Part shown: piece by piece, positions 25,526 to 35,025 of the stretch
How the letters are laid out: each line of letters opens with the position of its first letter
How positions within the stretch are numbered: the stretch's first letter is position 1
DNA from: Anaerolineaceae bacterium
Lineage (GTDB): Bacteria; Chloroflexota; Anaerolineae; Aggregatilineales; Phototrophicaceae
Assembly: GCA_020634165.1 (NCBI GenBank)
Contig: JACKCF010000002.1
Coordinates: 17,767 to 57,766 of the forward strand
Direction of reading: 5' to 3'
DNA: 40,000 nt
Notes under the pieces: generated by a model
Told to the model about the DNA's origin: nothing
Database searches by the model: none
What the model saw: the letters and a program-made list of their open reading frames with translations, nothing else
Translations under genes and position numbers: made by a program

Positions 25526-27286
25526 ATGAATGTCATCCGACTATTCATGTGGGGTTATCAAGACTCATTCTGGATAGAAGCGAAACTTGCCGCAGAAAAG
25601 GTCTTCAATCAACTTGACTCTGACTTCAAACCGCAGGTTTTTCTCCTAGGTATACTTTCGGAAGATTTGGAGGAGCGATATCCTGTCTGTTTTGAGCCAG
25701 AAGAGTGTGGATTGCAGGAAGAGTGGTTTACTGAAATACAAGAGCAAGCCAAACATTATGAGGCAATCGACGAAGAAAGACACTATTTTCACTCCCATCC
25801 ATTGTCGCAAGAAAAACACGAGCAACACCTCAAGCTCAAGGCTTTGCGCAAAGCCTTACTGGAAATATTGAATTCACACAATAGCGTTAGTACAAATTAT
25901 GAGGTTTTTTGCTCTTATCCAATTTTGGTAAGCGGATATCGTGTTTTTGTTGTACTGAAGCTCAATGAAGCTTGCTATCAAAAATATTATGCACTAAATA
26001 CTACCCATTTGAGACGAGATAAAATACCTACTTCCTTGATTGACGCAGTGATTTTAGAGTATTTTGCTGCTTGTCAGAGAGCTCTAATGCTACCTAATCC
26101 GGGAGCAGGACTTAAAACCTTAGAACGAGAACCGACGGAGATTATCAACTTGGCTGGTCGATTCTTAATGTATACGCCAGCGCTAAAGAGTGAAGCTGGC
26201 AACAATATTGCTTCATATACGTTATTTGAAGACTGCAACACCATTTCATCTCTGACTTACGAAGGGGCAGAAGGTCGTGGAAAGATAATTCTCGCTCCAC
26301 CCAATCATCCTAATGTTTCGATTGATATTTTATTTGCCAAACCTGTTGCTTTCAAGAATTTTGGTGCAGTACGAAAACTACTAGAACTTTGCGGTCATCG
26401 TGAAAGCCTCATTGCTGATTCAACCTCAATTTATGGATTAGGTTACGTATCAGGCACTTACGATGTGAGGTATGAAAACTTGTTTCAAATCAACTTCACT
26501 CGGCAGCATTCATGGGAACTGGTTCATGCTCAACATACTATGATGCGCGTAAAATATCGCCAAGCAAATATCCCAAGTTCGGTAATTAATGAAACCAAAT
26601 TCAGAACAGACGCTGGACGTATTTTCCCAAACATTGAACCCAAACAAATTGAAGCGCTGCTTGAACTAATTGTCGCCGCGACTAAACAAAAACACGGGGC
26701 TCTGGTCATAATTGCTGAAGACGCAGAACAAGAAGCAACCAGACTTGCAAATGAATCAACTGTCATACAACCTATCCCATTAACTCCTGAACTGATGAGT
26801 TTGGTTACGGCTATTGATGGAGCTGTTCTTGTTTCACCTGATGCAACCTGTTTTGCAATAGGAGTTATATTAGATGGCCGAGCTACGCCAAAGGGTAACC
26901 CCGCAAGAGGTGCTCGCTATAATTCAGCGATTCGTTACGTTGAAAGTCAAAATCAAAGCCTTGCAATTGTAGTTTCCGAGGATGGCGGAGTCAATTTAAT
27001 TCCTAATCTAATGCCACAAATACGCAAGTCTGAACTTATACGACACATCGAAATTATAGGGGAAGTACACACTTCTGAGAAGCGTGATCGCATAGCTTAT
27101 TATGCATCTGAAGAATGGCTAAGATCACATCAATTTTATCTCTCGAAAGAACAATGCGACAAATTAAATATGATGATGAGAGAGATAACACGGGGTTTCC
27201 TACGTGAAAGTGGATGGGGTATTGAACACAATGATCTTCAACCTCATGAAGATATGAATGAATCATATTTCATGATCGAAGATTGA
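25526..27286 (+). CDS. 586-aa protein with unassigned N-terminal ~370 aa and a C-terminal diadenylate-cyclase-like (DisA_N/DAC) domain with altered catalytic motif
   Basis: HGALVIIAEDAE (from aa 390), IDGAVLV (D431-G432-A433), GARYNSAIRY (R464-Y465-N466 where DACs have RHR) and AIVVSEDGGVNLI align to the DAC pattern GALIVI / HDGA / GTRHRAA / VSEETG. Confidence 0.6.
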   Translation: MNVIRLFMWGYQDSFWIEAKLAAEKVFNQLDSDFKPQVFLLGILSEDLEERYPVCFEPEECGLQEEWFTEIQEQAKHYEAIDEERHYFHSHPLSQEKHEQHLKLKALRKALLEILNSHNSVSTNYEVFCSYPILVSGYRVFVVLKLNEACYQKYYALNTTHLRRDKIPTSLIDAVILEYFAACQRALMLPNPGAGLKTLEREPTEIINLAGRFLMYTPALKSEAGNNIASYTLFEDCNTISSLTYEGAEGRGKIILAPPNHPNVSIDILFAKPVAFKNFGAVRKLLELCGHRESLIADSTSIYGLGYVSGTYDVRYENLFQINFTRQHSWELVHAQHTMMRVKYRQANIPSSVINETKFRTDAGRIFPNIEPKQIEALLELIVAATKQKHGALVIIAEDAEQEATRLANESTVIQPIPLTPELMSLVTAIDGAVLVSPDATCFAIGVILDGRATPKGNPARGARYNSAIRYVESQNQSLAIVVSEDGGVNLIPNLMPQIRKSELIRHIEIIGEVHTSEKRDRIAYYASEEWLRSHQFYLSKEQCDKLNMMMREITRGFLRESGWGIEHNDLQPHEDMNESYFMIED

Positions 27287-27615
27287 AGCATAATAATGAT
27301 GAGGTCGCATAACGAATAATGTTCTTGTGCTAACTTGAGTTAAGCACCTCACATATCTATTTCTCCAGTGACCTCGCCGATGAATTTCGCGCCGTTTGAG
27401 TTATGGCAGTAGCCTGGCGTGTGCCCATCCACATGCTGCTTCGGATTGTGTGAATATATTATATTGGGTAAACCAACCATATGATTTGCTAAGTCTAATG
27501 GGATCTTTTTCGAGTTCACCCGGAATAAGGTCCAACATATGCTATAGGTTACGTTATAGGGTAATATTGATGAATTACATGCCATTTACTGTGTTAAGAA
27601 CGGTCATATTGTAAA

Positions 27616-29499
27616 ATGCCGAGTTTCACGGTTGAGTACAATTCAAAGGGACGCTTGGGACAATTCAGCTTTGAGAATGGGATAACTAATATCTCAACAC
27701 CTTTTATGTTCCCAGTGGCTTCAACAGTGACTGGCACAACAGCAAATGGGGGCGGAATATGGAAGTATATTCTTCAGGCATATCCAGATACTGATACGGA
27801 TGTTAATCAGGCCCTCATGCGTCGAGGGATGCCCATTCTTTCACAAGCACTTCAGTTCCTGGATTATGGTGTTAGCAAAAACAAAGTTAATCTTTGGCGG
27901 CAACAGTCGATCCGGAAGATGTATAATGAAGCACATAGAATGGACTATAAGGCACCTATTTTTCTTGATTCTGGTGGATTCAAGTTAATGTGGCGTGAAG
28001 GTCTCAATCTTGATGAATATGGGATCAACCTAAGTCCATCAAAAGAAGCACATAGCATCTTATGTCTGCAGCATGACTTGGGTGCGAACATTATTGCCAG
28101 CCTAGATTATCCAATACCCCCCAATCTTGCTCCGTCTGAAGCTAAGCAAAGAATGAAAAGAAGTCGTAGAAATGCTATCACTGTTGCTCGCTATCTGCGG
28201 GATGGAGAATTTTCAAGCTGGAGACCTTTTCTTTACATGCCAGTTCATGGGTTGTCACCGGAAGCAATCTCAGCATATGTAAAAAACCTATTCAATAGCG
28301 TATATACCTATGGGCTTGGTAATGATCCCATCGGAATTGCGGTAGGCTCTCTTGTCCCCCTGCGATTCTCTCGCACAAACCTATATCGGATCATCACAAT
28401 TGTCGATGCCGCAGTAAAAGCAATACCTGCCAAATACCGAGATCGAATCCCTGTACACGTTTTTGGTGTCACAGGAATCTTAATTCCGTTTTTAGCATAC
28501 TGCGGTGTTGATACCTATGATTCAAGTACTTATGTTAAGGAGGCCATTAATCTTAGATACATGCATCCCGATACAAGAGTTGGTCATGCTGTATTGGAAA
28601 TGACAGAAGATGATTTCATTTGCGATTGTGATGTTTGTCGGAATATTAAATTACTGGAATTACAAGAAGCTCTTGCGGCTGAGGGAACGGGCAAACCTTT
28701 AGTCCAATCTGGTCACTACAAAAGTAAATATTATGCTGATATTGCCTTACATAACTTGGAACAAGACTTCAAAATATTACGAGAAACGAGACATGCCATA
28801 AAACAAAATTATATGGCTGAGTTTATCTTGCAAGTGGCTGAGCGATTCCCACGAATGCGATATGCACTTGATGGTCTCTGTGACACTAATAAGGATTTGA
28901 GACTCAAAGCATCCAAACGCATACAACCTGTTATAAAAACAAAAAAAATAACCAAATCGATTGTTTTTCAGACACTTTCTCATACCCCGGATGATTTTAA
29001 TATTGCACATATGAATGGACATATTAACAGATCATATCCTCGTATTCTGTTATTGCTTCCATGCTCGTCAGACAAACCTTATTCTGATTCAAGAACACAT
29101 AAGTACGTTGAAAAGCATATACATGACTATATTCCTGGAATGAGAGATAAAATTCATAAGGTTTCATTGTCAGGGCTCTATGGGCCCGTTCCCGAAGAAT
29201 ATGAAACATGCAAACCTGTACTTGACTATAACTATCGTCTAATTCCGAAAAACGAAGCGCAGATAGAACTAGTCACTACACGGCTTGTTGAATATCTTGA
29301 AATTCACGGTGCAAAATATCTACATTGCGTAGCGTATGCAACGAGTAAGGCTTATCGTTTGGTATTTGAAAAAACAGCAGAACAATACCCATCCCTGACA
29401 CTTTTACCCACTGCTCCCAAGTCTAAACGACTTACAGAGTTTTTCAGAACAAAAAACATCCAAGAATTAGTTAACATGATAAGTGATATGCTTGATTAA
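27616..29499 (+). CDS. TGT/DpdA-like (tRNA- or DNA-guanine transglycosylase family) protein fused to an ArcS-type (DUF5591-like) C-terminal domain
   Basis: TGT motifs FLDSGGF (D118), CGVDTYD (D299, D302) and the Zn site CDCDVC (C336, C338, C341) with a later H in IALHNL. The C-terminal PCSSDKPYSDSRTH (aa 482-495) fits the ArcS motif PC-X3-KPY-X2-S-X2-H. Confidence 0.75.
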   Translation: MPSFTVEYNSKGRLGQFSFENGITNISTPFMFPVASTVTGTTANGGGIWKYILQAYPDTDTDVNQALMRRGMPILSQALQFLDYGVSKNKVNLWRQQSIRKMYNEAHRMDYKAPIFLDSGGFKLMWREGLNLDEYGINLSPSKEAHSILCLQHDLGANIIASLDYPIPPNLAPSEAKQRMKRSRRNAITVARYLRDGEFSSWRPFLYMPVHGLSPEAISAYVKNLFNSVYTYGLGNDPIGIAVGSLVPLRFSRTNLYRIITIVDAAVKAIPAKYRDRIPVHVFGVTGILIPFLAYCGVDTYDSSTYVKEAINLRYMHPDTRVGHAVLEMTEDDFICDCDVCRNIKLLELQEALAAEGTGKPLVQSGHYKSKYYADIALHNLEQDFKILRETRHAIKQNYMAEFILQVAERFPRMRYALDGLCDTNKDLRLKASKRIQPVIKTKKITKSIVFQTLSHTPDDFNIAHMNGHINRSYPRILLLLPCSSDKPYSDSRTHKYVEKHIHDYIPGMRDKIHKVSLSGLYGPVPEEYETCKPVLDYNYRLIPKNEAQIELVTTRLVEYLEIHGAKYLHCVAYATSKAYRLVFEKTAEQYPSLTLLPTAPKSKRLTEFFRTKNIQELVNMISDMLD

Positions 29500-29615
29500 T
29501 ATCTCTATAACTAACCAAAAATCGCATATGAATATATAATAGTAATCCTTACCTAAATTACATAACTTAAATCGAACTGTTTGTGGGCGTGCCAAGTAAT
29601 GTATGAGGAAATACT

Positions 29616-32600
29616 ATGGTTAGTAATCAGATTCTTCAAGAAGATTTCGATGCTCTAAAATCATCTTTTTTGCTAATTAATCAGGATAACAATGTTCCCA
29701 CAACAATGTTTGTTGAATCTTATAGTCAAATAGTCCCCTCAAAGACCCGTGTCGAAATTCGTGAAGGTTTGTACATCCCTCGACCATTGGAAGTCGCTCG
29801 AATCCTCCGACATTTGAAACAAAGATTTACCCCAAATGGTAACTATGCTTCCTTGGTAAGTCGAATTCGTGCAGAGATCATACTTCGTGAGCGACCTTAT
29901 CGAAATACAAAACCAGAAGATGTACCACAATCGCTGCGAAATATTGCTGAAATCGGTCGTCTCAATAACATAATTGAGTTTCGTTATTCTGAATTCCAGT
30001 GGCGTGGGTGGCAAATTGTGCTAGAGGCATTAGCAAAATCCCAACTGGGCCAACCCGCAGGAGTAGTGGCGACAGCACCAACAGGTTCTGGTAAAACAGA
30101 AACATTCATGTTGCCCATCATCACTGACACTGTAGAAGCGGCAGCGCGAGGTGCAGAAAGACATTTTGTTTTTATTTATCCGAGGCGTGCGCTAGCCCAA
30201 GACCAATTATCTAGGGTTCTACGTTACGTAAAAAATGCGTGTAATCACTTTAAAATGCCCGATCATCGCATAATTGTTGGCATTCAATTCACAGGCATTG
30301 CTTCAAGTAGAGAATCCACGTTACGAAACCGCAATATATTTCACAACAGGCGCAGTTTTAAGTTGTTAGATAGATGTCCGTGGTGTGGCAAACGTAAACA
30401 ATTGATTTTTCAAACACAGGGAGAATATTCATACCTACAGTGTTCTGAGTGTGAGAATCGAGTCGCTGTTTCACTCTCTAAAAACGATCACAGCTCATTA
30501 AATCCTAATTTGATGATTACAACTGCTGAGTCCTTAGACAATATGTATATGGATTGGGATTTTCGTGATTATATACCGAAGATCGACGGTATTATTTTTG
30601 ACGAGGCACATTTATTCAACCAAGTATATGGAGCTCATATCCATCACCTGATTCAGCGCGTTAGAAATATTGTCCGCGAAATCTCTCGAAAGGAACTGCT
30701 ACTAATTGCTTCTAGTGCTACCATTTCTGAGCCTGCTGATTTTGCTAATCGCTTATTTTATGGTAATGAGAATCCTCCTAGTAATATTTATTCCATTGAC
30801 GCCAATCAATATGAAATGAACCCAAGTGGTATCGAAACATTTTTCTTTTTGCAGACTGATAATGCGCGACAAACGATGTCGACAATGATTCAAACGGTGA
30901 TGGCAACAATGCATGGAGCAATTAATGATGATCGACGGGCTATCATATTCGCAAGCTCATTGGACACTGTGGGACGCTTAAAAGTACAGTTTGACGATGC
31001 CGAGATAAACCAACAACTTTGGAGGATGAGGATCAACAACCAAGATATTAATGTTTTTCAATTTGAGAATGTATCTTGTCCGCGCACAACACCGTATATT
31101 TGCTCACTATATGATATGGGAGAATGCTGGCGTGGCATCTTAGGCGGAATACAATGCCATGAGAATCCAATATTGGGGATGCGTTCCAGTAGTTTGGAGA
31201 CACAAACAATTACAGGAAATACACAAGGCAGCCGATCACTTGATAAGCCAGTTATCATCGGAACATCTGCCTTAGAAGTAGGCATTGATGATCCTACAGT
31301 ACAGACAACTTTTCATTATCGACCTCCTCGGACAGTCTTTGATTTTATCCAAAGAAGAGGCCGGGCAGGACGGAAAGAAAATGATACTGCTTATACAGTG
31401 ATGGTCTTGGGACAAGATTCAACAGATCATTTCTATCTGGTGCGTCGTCATCGCCTAATTGCTGGTCAATACTCTCTCCCACTCAACCCTAACAATCCAG
31501 TAGTTACTCGAATTCATGAATTACTTAGTCAAAGTCGGGCTGAAGGTTTTCGACTCGTCAGTAGCAACGGAAGTGAATTGAATGGTACATGGCTTTGGCT
31601 TGTTCATACACTCCAAAATTCGTCAATAGTTTCTTCGGCGCATGAAGCGCTACTGAACGAAGTGTTACGGGCGCGCAGCTTCGATGTAAAGAAAGCAAAA
31701 TTACTGAAATGGATTAACGAAAATATTGAAGCTCTTGAAAATCAACTGGCTGATCGTGGTATGTTCAGGACAAATAGATATCCTACACTTCCTATGCTTG
31801 TGGCTGTGTTTGACGATATTGTAGCGGCGTATGATTCTTGGGTTGAAGAAGAAGATGTAACAACACAAGATACAGCAAAAAAGTTAATAAGTTATCAGCA
31901 TAGACTAGGGGATATGTATTCGGCTTTTGATGGTAGAGCATACGATCGCAGGCGGTTTACAGAGGAGTTTGATGTTGTCAGTCAAACATTACAACGGATG
32001 ATCGCTAACATACAGGAAGAACAGCGGGAAGTTCGAGACAGATTTCGTGAGACAAGGGCATGGTATGATTTCTTTTTTCATCTACGTAAATTATATGATC
32101 AGGATTGGATTTTTTACACTTTTTCATATGTAGTGAAGTATATTTATCAAGCACTATTCTTCTTAAATCGCGGATTTGATAACCAAACGCAAAATGAGAT
32201 TGATGTATATGTTCCCGATAATTATTTCGGCAACATAACTCCAATGCGTGTTCATATTGGTGATCAGAATAAGCGAACAACAGAGCCGATAACTTATTTG
32301 GAATCGTTATTTTATCCCTATCGTATTAGCTACCGTTATGCAAGTGATGCCGCCCACACCCAGCTTGCTCCAATGTATATGCTAGATAGCCGCAGCAGAG
32401 AAATAATTGGACCTAACCAAGTAAGAATAAAGCCGGCGGCCTATGGTTTGTCGATTGCAGATCCAGAAAACCCTGACTATTCAGTTCGCAAAGTTCGTGA
32501 AATCCGTGTTATGGAGCTTCAGGCTGATGCCCGTCAAAACATTAGCATGTGTCAAACTTGTTTCCGCACTTACGATATAGATTTTGACCAAATGAATTGT

Positions 32601-33473
32601 GAATGTGGCGGCGATATTGCTCAGGGTTCAATATTTGTGGAAAAAACATATACAAGACAAGGGATACACGAGCAACAACGGCGAATAAATATAGGTAATA
32701 GTTTTAGCATAGTACCTGCTCTGGATACGTGGACAAAAGTTAACGGTTCCCAAGTTACGTTTACACCTTTGAATGGCGGACGAAGAATTCGGTTCAATGC
32801 TTGGTTGAGCCCTAGCTTATATTTTTCTATCCCAACTAAGGGTATTTCTTGGAGGGTGCGTGCCATTGCTAATCATGTTGAGGAAAGCCTTCATGCTGCC
32901 GCCCATGTCTTGGTTAAGGCAATGGCATCAGTTGTAGGCGTGCGTGAAGATCAATTAGCATATAGTTGGCAGTCTGAGAGTCAGGAAGTAGTAGTTTGGG
33001 AAAAATATGAGGGTGGTGCAGGGCTATGTGAGATATTTGCAGATCGTTTGCAACGTAATCCTTTAGAAGTCTATCAGGAAATGGTCTCTGTTGTAGCATG
33101 TCCCATATATTTATCAGAACAAAAAGGGCATTTGTGGGAGACAGATGATGAACTGCGAAATTACTTATCTCATGAATTTGGACTTGCCCCTGAAACAGCA
33201 TTACTTAAAGAAATTATCGATAACACCATATCGGAATCGAGATCGAATACTTCCGAGTTGGTCTGCACAGATAATGATGGTTGTCCAGTATGTATTACAT
33301 CCATCACGAATGCTCAGGATGATCAACCGAGTCGTTTGATCGCTTGGAGGTTAATCGGTGATTTAATAAAGGTATTTGAAGAGAGCGAATGGAAAGAAAT
33401 TACCCCAGAACAATTCGCCCCTGTAGTGTGGGTAGATAACAATGCGGAACTAATATATGTCTTGGTCTTCTAA
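29616..33473 (+). CDS. large DEAD/DEAH-box (YprA/MrfA-like) helicase with inserted zinc ribbon and C-terminal DUF1998-like 4-Cys domain
   Basis: Walker A APTGSGKT (K160), motif Ia YPRRALAQDQ, FDEAH (D329-H332), SSAT and QRRGRAGR. Zn ribbon CPWC...CSEC (aa 254-279) lies between motifs I and II. C-terminal CQTC (979-982), NCECGG, WEKYEGGAGL (1128-1137) and CPVC (1223-1226). Confidence 0.8.
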   Translation: MVSNQILQEDFDALKSSFLLINQDNNVPTTMFVESYSQIVPSKTRVEIREGLYIPRPLEVARILRHLKQRFTPNGNYASLVSRIRAEIILRERPYRNTKPEDVPQSLRNIAEIGRLNNIIEFRYSEFQWRGWQIVLEALAKSQLGQPAGVVATAPTGSGKTETFMLPIITDTVEAAARGAERHFVFIYPRRALAQDQLSRVLRYVKNACNHFKMPDHRIIVGIQFTGIASSRESTLRNRNIFHNRRSFKLLDRCPWCGKRKQLIFQTQGEYSYLQCSECENRVAVSLSKNDHSSLNPNLMITTAESLDNMYMDWDFRDYIPKIDGIIFDEAHLFNQVYGAHIHHLIQRVRNIVREISRKELLLIASSATISEPADFANRLFYGNENPPSNIYSIDANQYEMNPSGIETFFFLQTDNARQTMSTMIQTVMATMHGAINDDRRAIIFASSLDTVGRLKVQFDDAEINQQLWRMRINNQDINVFQFENVSCPRTTPYICSLYDMGECWRGILGGIQCHENPILGMRSSSLETQTITGNTQGSRSLDKPVIIGTSALEVGIDDPTVQTTFHYRPPRTVFDFIQRRGRAGRKENDTAYTVMVLGQDSTDHFYLVRRHRLIAGQYSLPLNPNNPVVTRIHELLSQSRAEGFRLVSSNGSELNGTWLWLVHTLQNSSIVSSAHEALLNEVLRARSFDVKKAKLLKWINENIEALENQLADRGMFRTNRYPTLPMLVAVFDDIVAAYDSWVEEEDVTTQDTAKKLISYQHRLGDMYSAFDGRAYDRRRFTEEFDVVSQTLQRMIANIQEEQREVRDRFRETRAWYDFFFHLRKLYDQDWIFYTFSYVVKYIYQALFFLNRGFDNQTQNEIDVYVPDNYFGNITPMRVHIGDQNKRTTEPITYLESLFYPYRISYRYASDAAHTQLAPMYMLDSRSREIIGPNQVRIKPAAYGLSIADPENPDYSVRKVREIRVMELQADARQNISMCQTCFRTYDIDFDQMNCECGGDIAQGSIFVEKTYTRQGIHEQQRRINIGNSFSIVPALDTWTKVNGSQVTFTPLNGGRRIRFNAWLSPSLYFSIPTKGISWRVRAIANHVEESLHAAAHVLVKAMASVVGVREDQLAYSWQSESQEVVVWEKYEGGAGLCEIFADRLQRNPLEVYQEMVSVVACPIYLSEQKGHLWETDDELRNYLSHEFGLAPETALLKEIIDNTISESRSNTSELVCTDNDGCPVCITSITNAQDDQPSRLIAWRLIGDLIKVFEESEWKEITPEQFAPVVWVDNNAELIYVLVF

Positions 33474-33942
33474 GTCGTTACAATGGATGATTCCTGGTAT
33501 CTTTTTAACTGCAAAGAAGTCAAGCAAAATAGTTATAATGAGTCCTTGGATTGATGATGTGGAATTACTTATATATTCTTGGAATGGGCGAGAACAATTA
33601 GCTGGCAATGTTTTACTTTCAAATGTAATGAAATGGCTGCATAGGAATCGCAATAATCATTTTCTAGCTTACGTACGGACAGATCAACTGTATCCTAGGA
33701 TTAATCCTCGGTTAAATCGTGTACAAAGTCGAGCCTCTTCAGCTTTGGAAGTTCGAGATATTCAATATTTGCACGCGAAATTACTAATCACAGATGCAAT
33801 GGTTTTAGAAACTTCTGCGAATTTTCTGACTTATAGCATTCACAGAAATGTCGAAAGTCTCTATATTAGAAAAAATCCGTTACAAAATGCATCAGCTTTT
33901 GCTCAGGACTTCATTACTAGACACGGCCACAGTCAACTATGA
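33457..33942 (+). CDS. phospholipase D-family (single HKD) nuclease-like protein
   Basis: HKD motif LHAKLLITDAMVLETSANF (H106, K108) and an N-terminal IVIMSPWI strand typical of PLD/Nuc. Overlaps the helicase 3' end; an alternative start is at 33487. Confidence 0.75.
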   Translation: MSWSSKSLQWMIPGIFLTAKKSSKIVIMSPWIDDVELLIYSWNGREQLAGNVLLSNVMKWLHRNRNNHFLAYVRTDQLYPRINPRLNRVQSRASSALEVRDIQYLHAKLLITDAMVLETSANFLTYSIHRNVESLYIRKNPLQNASAFAQDFITRHGHSQL

Positions 33943-34346
33943 AGATTTATGTTGCAGGACCACTGTTCAATACTATGGAGCGCAGCTACTTAGAGGAAAT
34001 CGCAACTGCACTTGAGAATGCAGGTTACAATACATTTCTTCCGCACAGAGATGTTGGGTTATTAGATAGTATTGATGATGTTAATCGAGAGCATATATTC
34101 CGCGCAGATATGACTGCGTTGGATGACTGCGATATTTGTGTTGCATTACTAACTGGACCTGATCATGATTCAGGTACCAGTGCAGAAATTGGCTATATGT
34201 ATGCCAAAGGAAAACCATGTTTTGGTATCACTGATGATATGCGATGGATGAATAATCTCATTTGGGGGCTTTGTAACTCAGGCAACAATATCTGTACATC
34301 AATCGAGACATGCATTCAACTGCTAAAAACGCAAATTAGTCAGTAG
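33939..34346 (+). CDS. nucleoside 2-deoxyribosyltransferase-family protein
   Basis: MKIYVAGPLFN N-terminus and DSGTSAEIGYMYAKGKP (catalytic-Glu context) match the NDT/Rcl family pattern. ATGA overlap with the PLD gene. Confidence 0.75.
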   Translation: MKIYVAGPLFNTMERSYLEEIATALENAGYNTFLPHRDVGLLDSIDDVNREHIFRADMTALDDCDICVALLTGPDHDSGTSAEIGYMYAKGKPCFGITDDMRWMNNLIWGLCNSGNNICTSIETCIQLLKTQISQ

Positions 34347-35013
34347 TAATTAAAGGATTAAGCTGCGTATTAGCGTTGATAGCATCGATACCCTCCTGCC
34401 TTTTTATAAAGTTTACTGTCAGATAAGTTAGGGGAGTTGCCAGAGACTCATACAATGTTTTGAACAACCATTGTGTAATGACAGCCAATACCAAATCATT
34501 GGTTGCCATGGTTCCAGCGAAAGCAATCACAATAAATATTAGAGAATCAAAGCCCTGACCAACAACAGTAGAAGTTATAGTCCTAGACCATAGCCAGCGT
34601 CCTTTTGTTAGTTTTTTCATTCTATCGAGGATATACGCATTCAAGAATTCGCCAATTAGATATGCGATAAATGAAGCAAAAAGTAGGCGAGGAGTGTAAC
34701 CAAGGATTCGTTCATATGCTGCTTGTCCGTCCCAGAAATTGGCAGATGGAAGAAGTTGTCCTGCGACAATGCCTGCCACAGCAACAAGATTGCAGAAAAA
34801 ACCAAGCCATATTACTCGACGTGCATTTCGAAATCCATAGACCTCGGTAAGAATATCACCTACGATGTAGCTGATTGGAAAAATGACTATGCCCGCGGGC
34901 ATGATAAAGCCCCAGATATCCACCAGCTTTACTGCCGCAATATTGGCAGTGATTAGAGATGTAATAAATAGACCTGCAATTGATACAAACCAAATTGAAT
35001 ATTTGTTTGACAT
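34336..35013 (-). CDS. yhhQ: queuosine-precursor (preQ0/preQ1) transporter, YhhQ/VUT family
   Basis: Six-TM protein with ITANIAAVKLV...PAGIVIFPISYIVGDILTEVYG, characteristic of YhhQ (DUF165). Confidence 0.8.
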   Translation of the reverse strand: MSNKYSIWFVSIAGLFITSLITANIAAVKLVDIWGFIMPAGIVIFPISYIVGDILTEVYGFRNARRVIWLGFFCNLVAVAGIVAGQLLPSANFWDGQAAYERILGYTPRLLFASFIAYLIGEFLNAYILDRMKKLTKGRWLWSRTITSTVVGQGFDSLIFIVIAFAGTMATNDLVLAVITQWLFKTLYESLATPLTYLTVNFIKRQEGIDAINANTQLNPLITTD

Positions 35014-35025
35014 GTAGTCTCCGGT

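Noticed and set aside
27349-27585. 78-aa minus-strand ORF in the 330-bp gap between the DAC-like and TGT-like genes, containing HVDGHTPG (reminiscent of metallo-beta-lactamase-fold motifs)
   Set aside because: It is a single short motif with no other MBL motifs, no RBS, and the opposite orientation to the operon. It could be a gene remnant, but I cannot support it as a feature.
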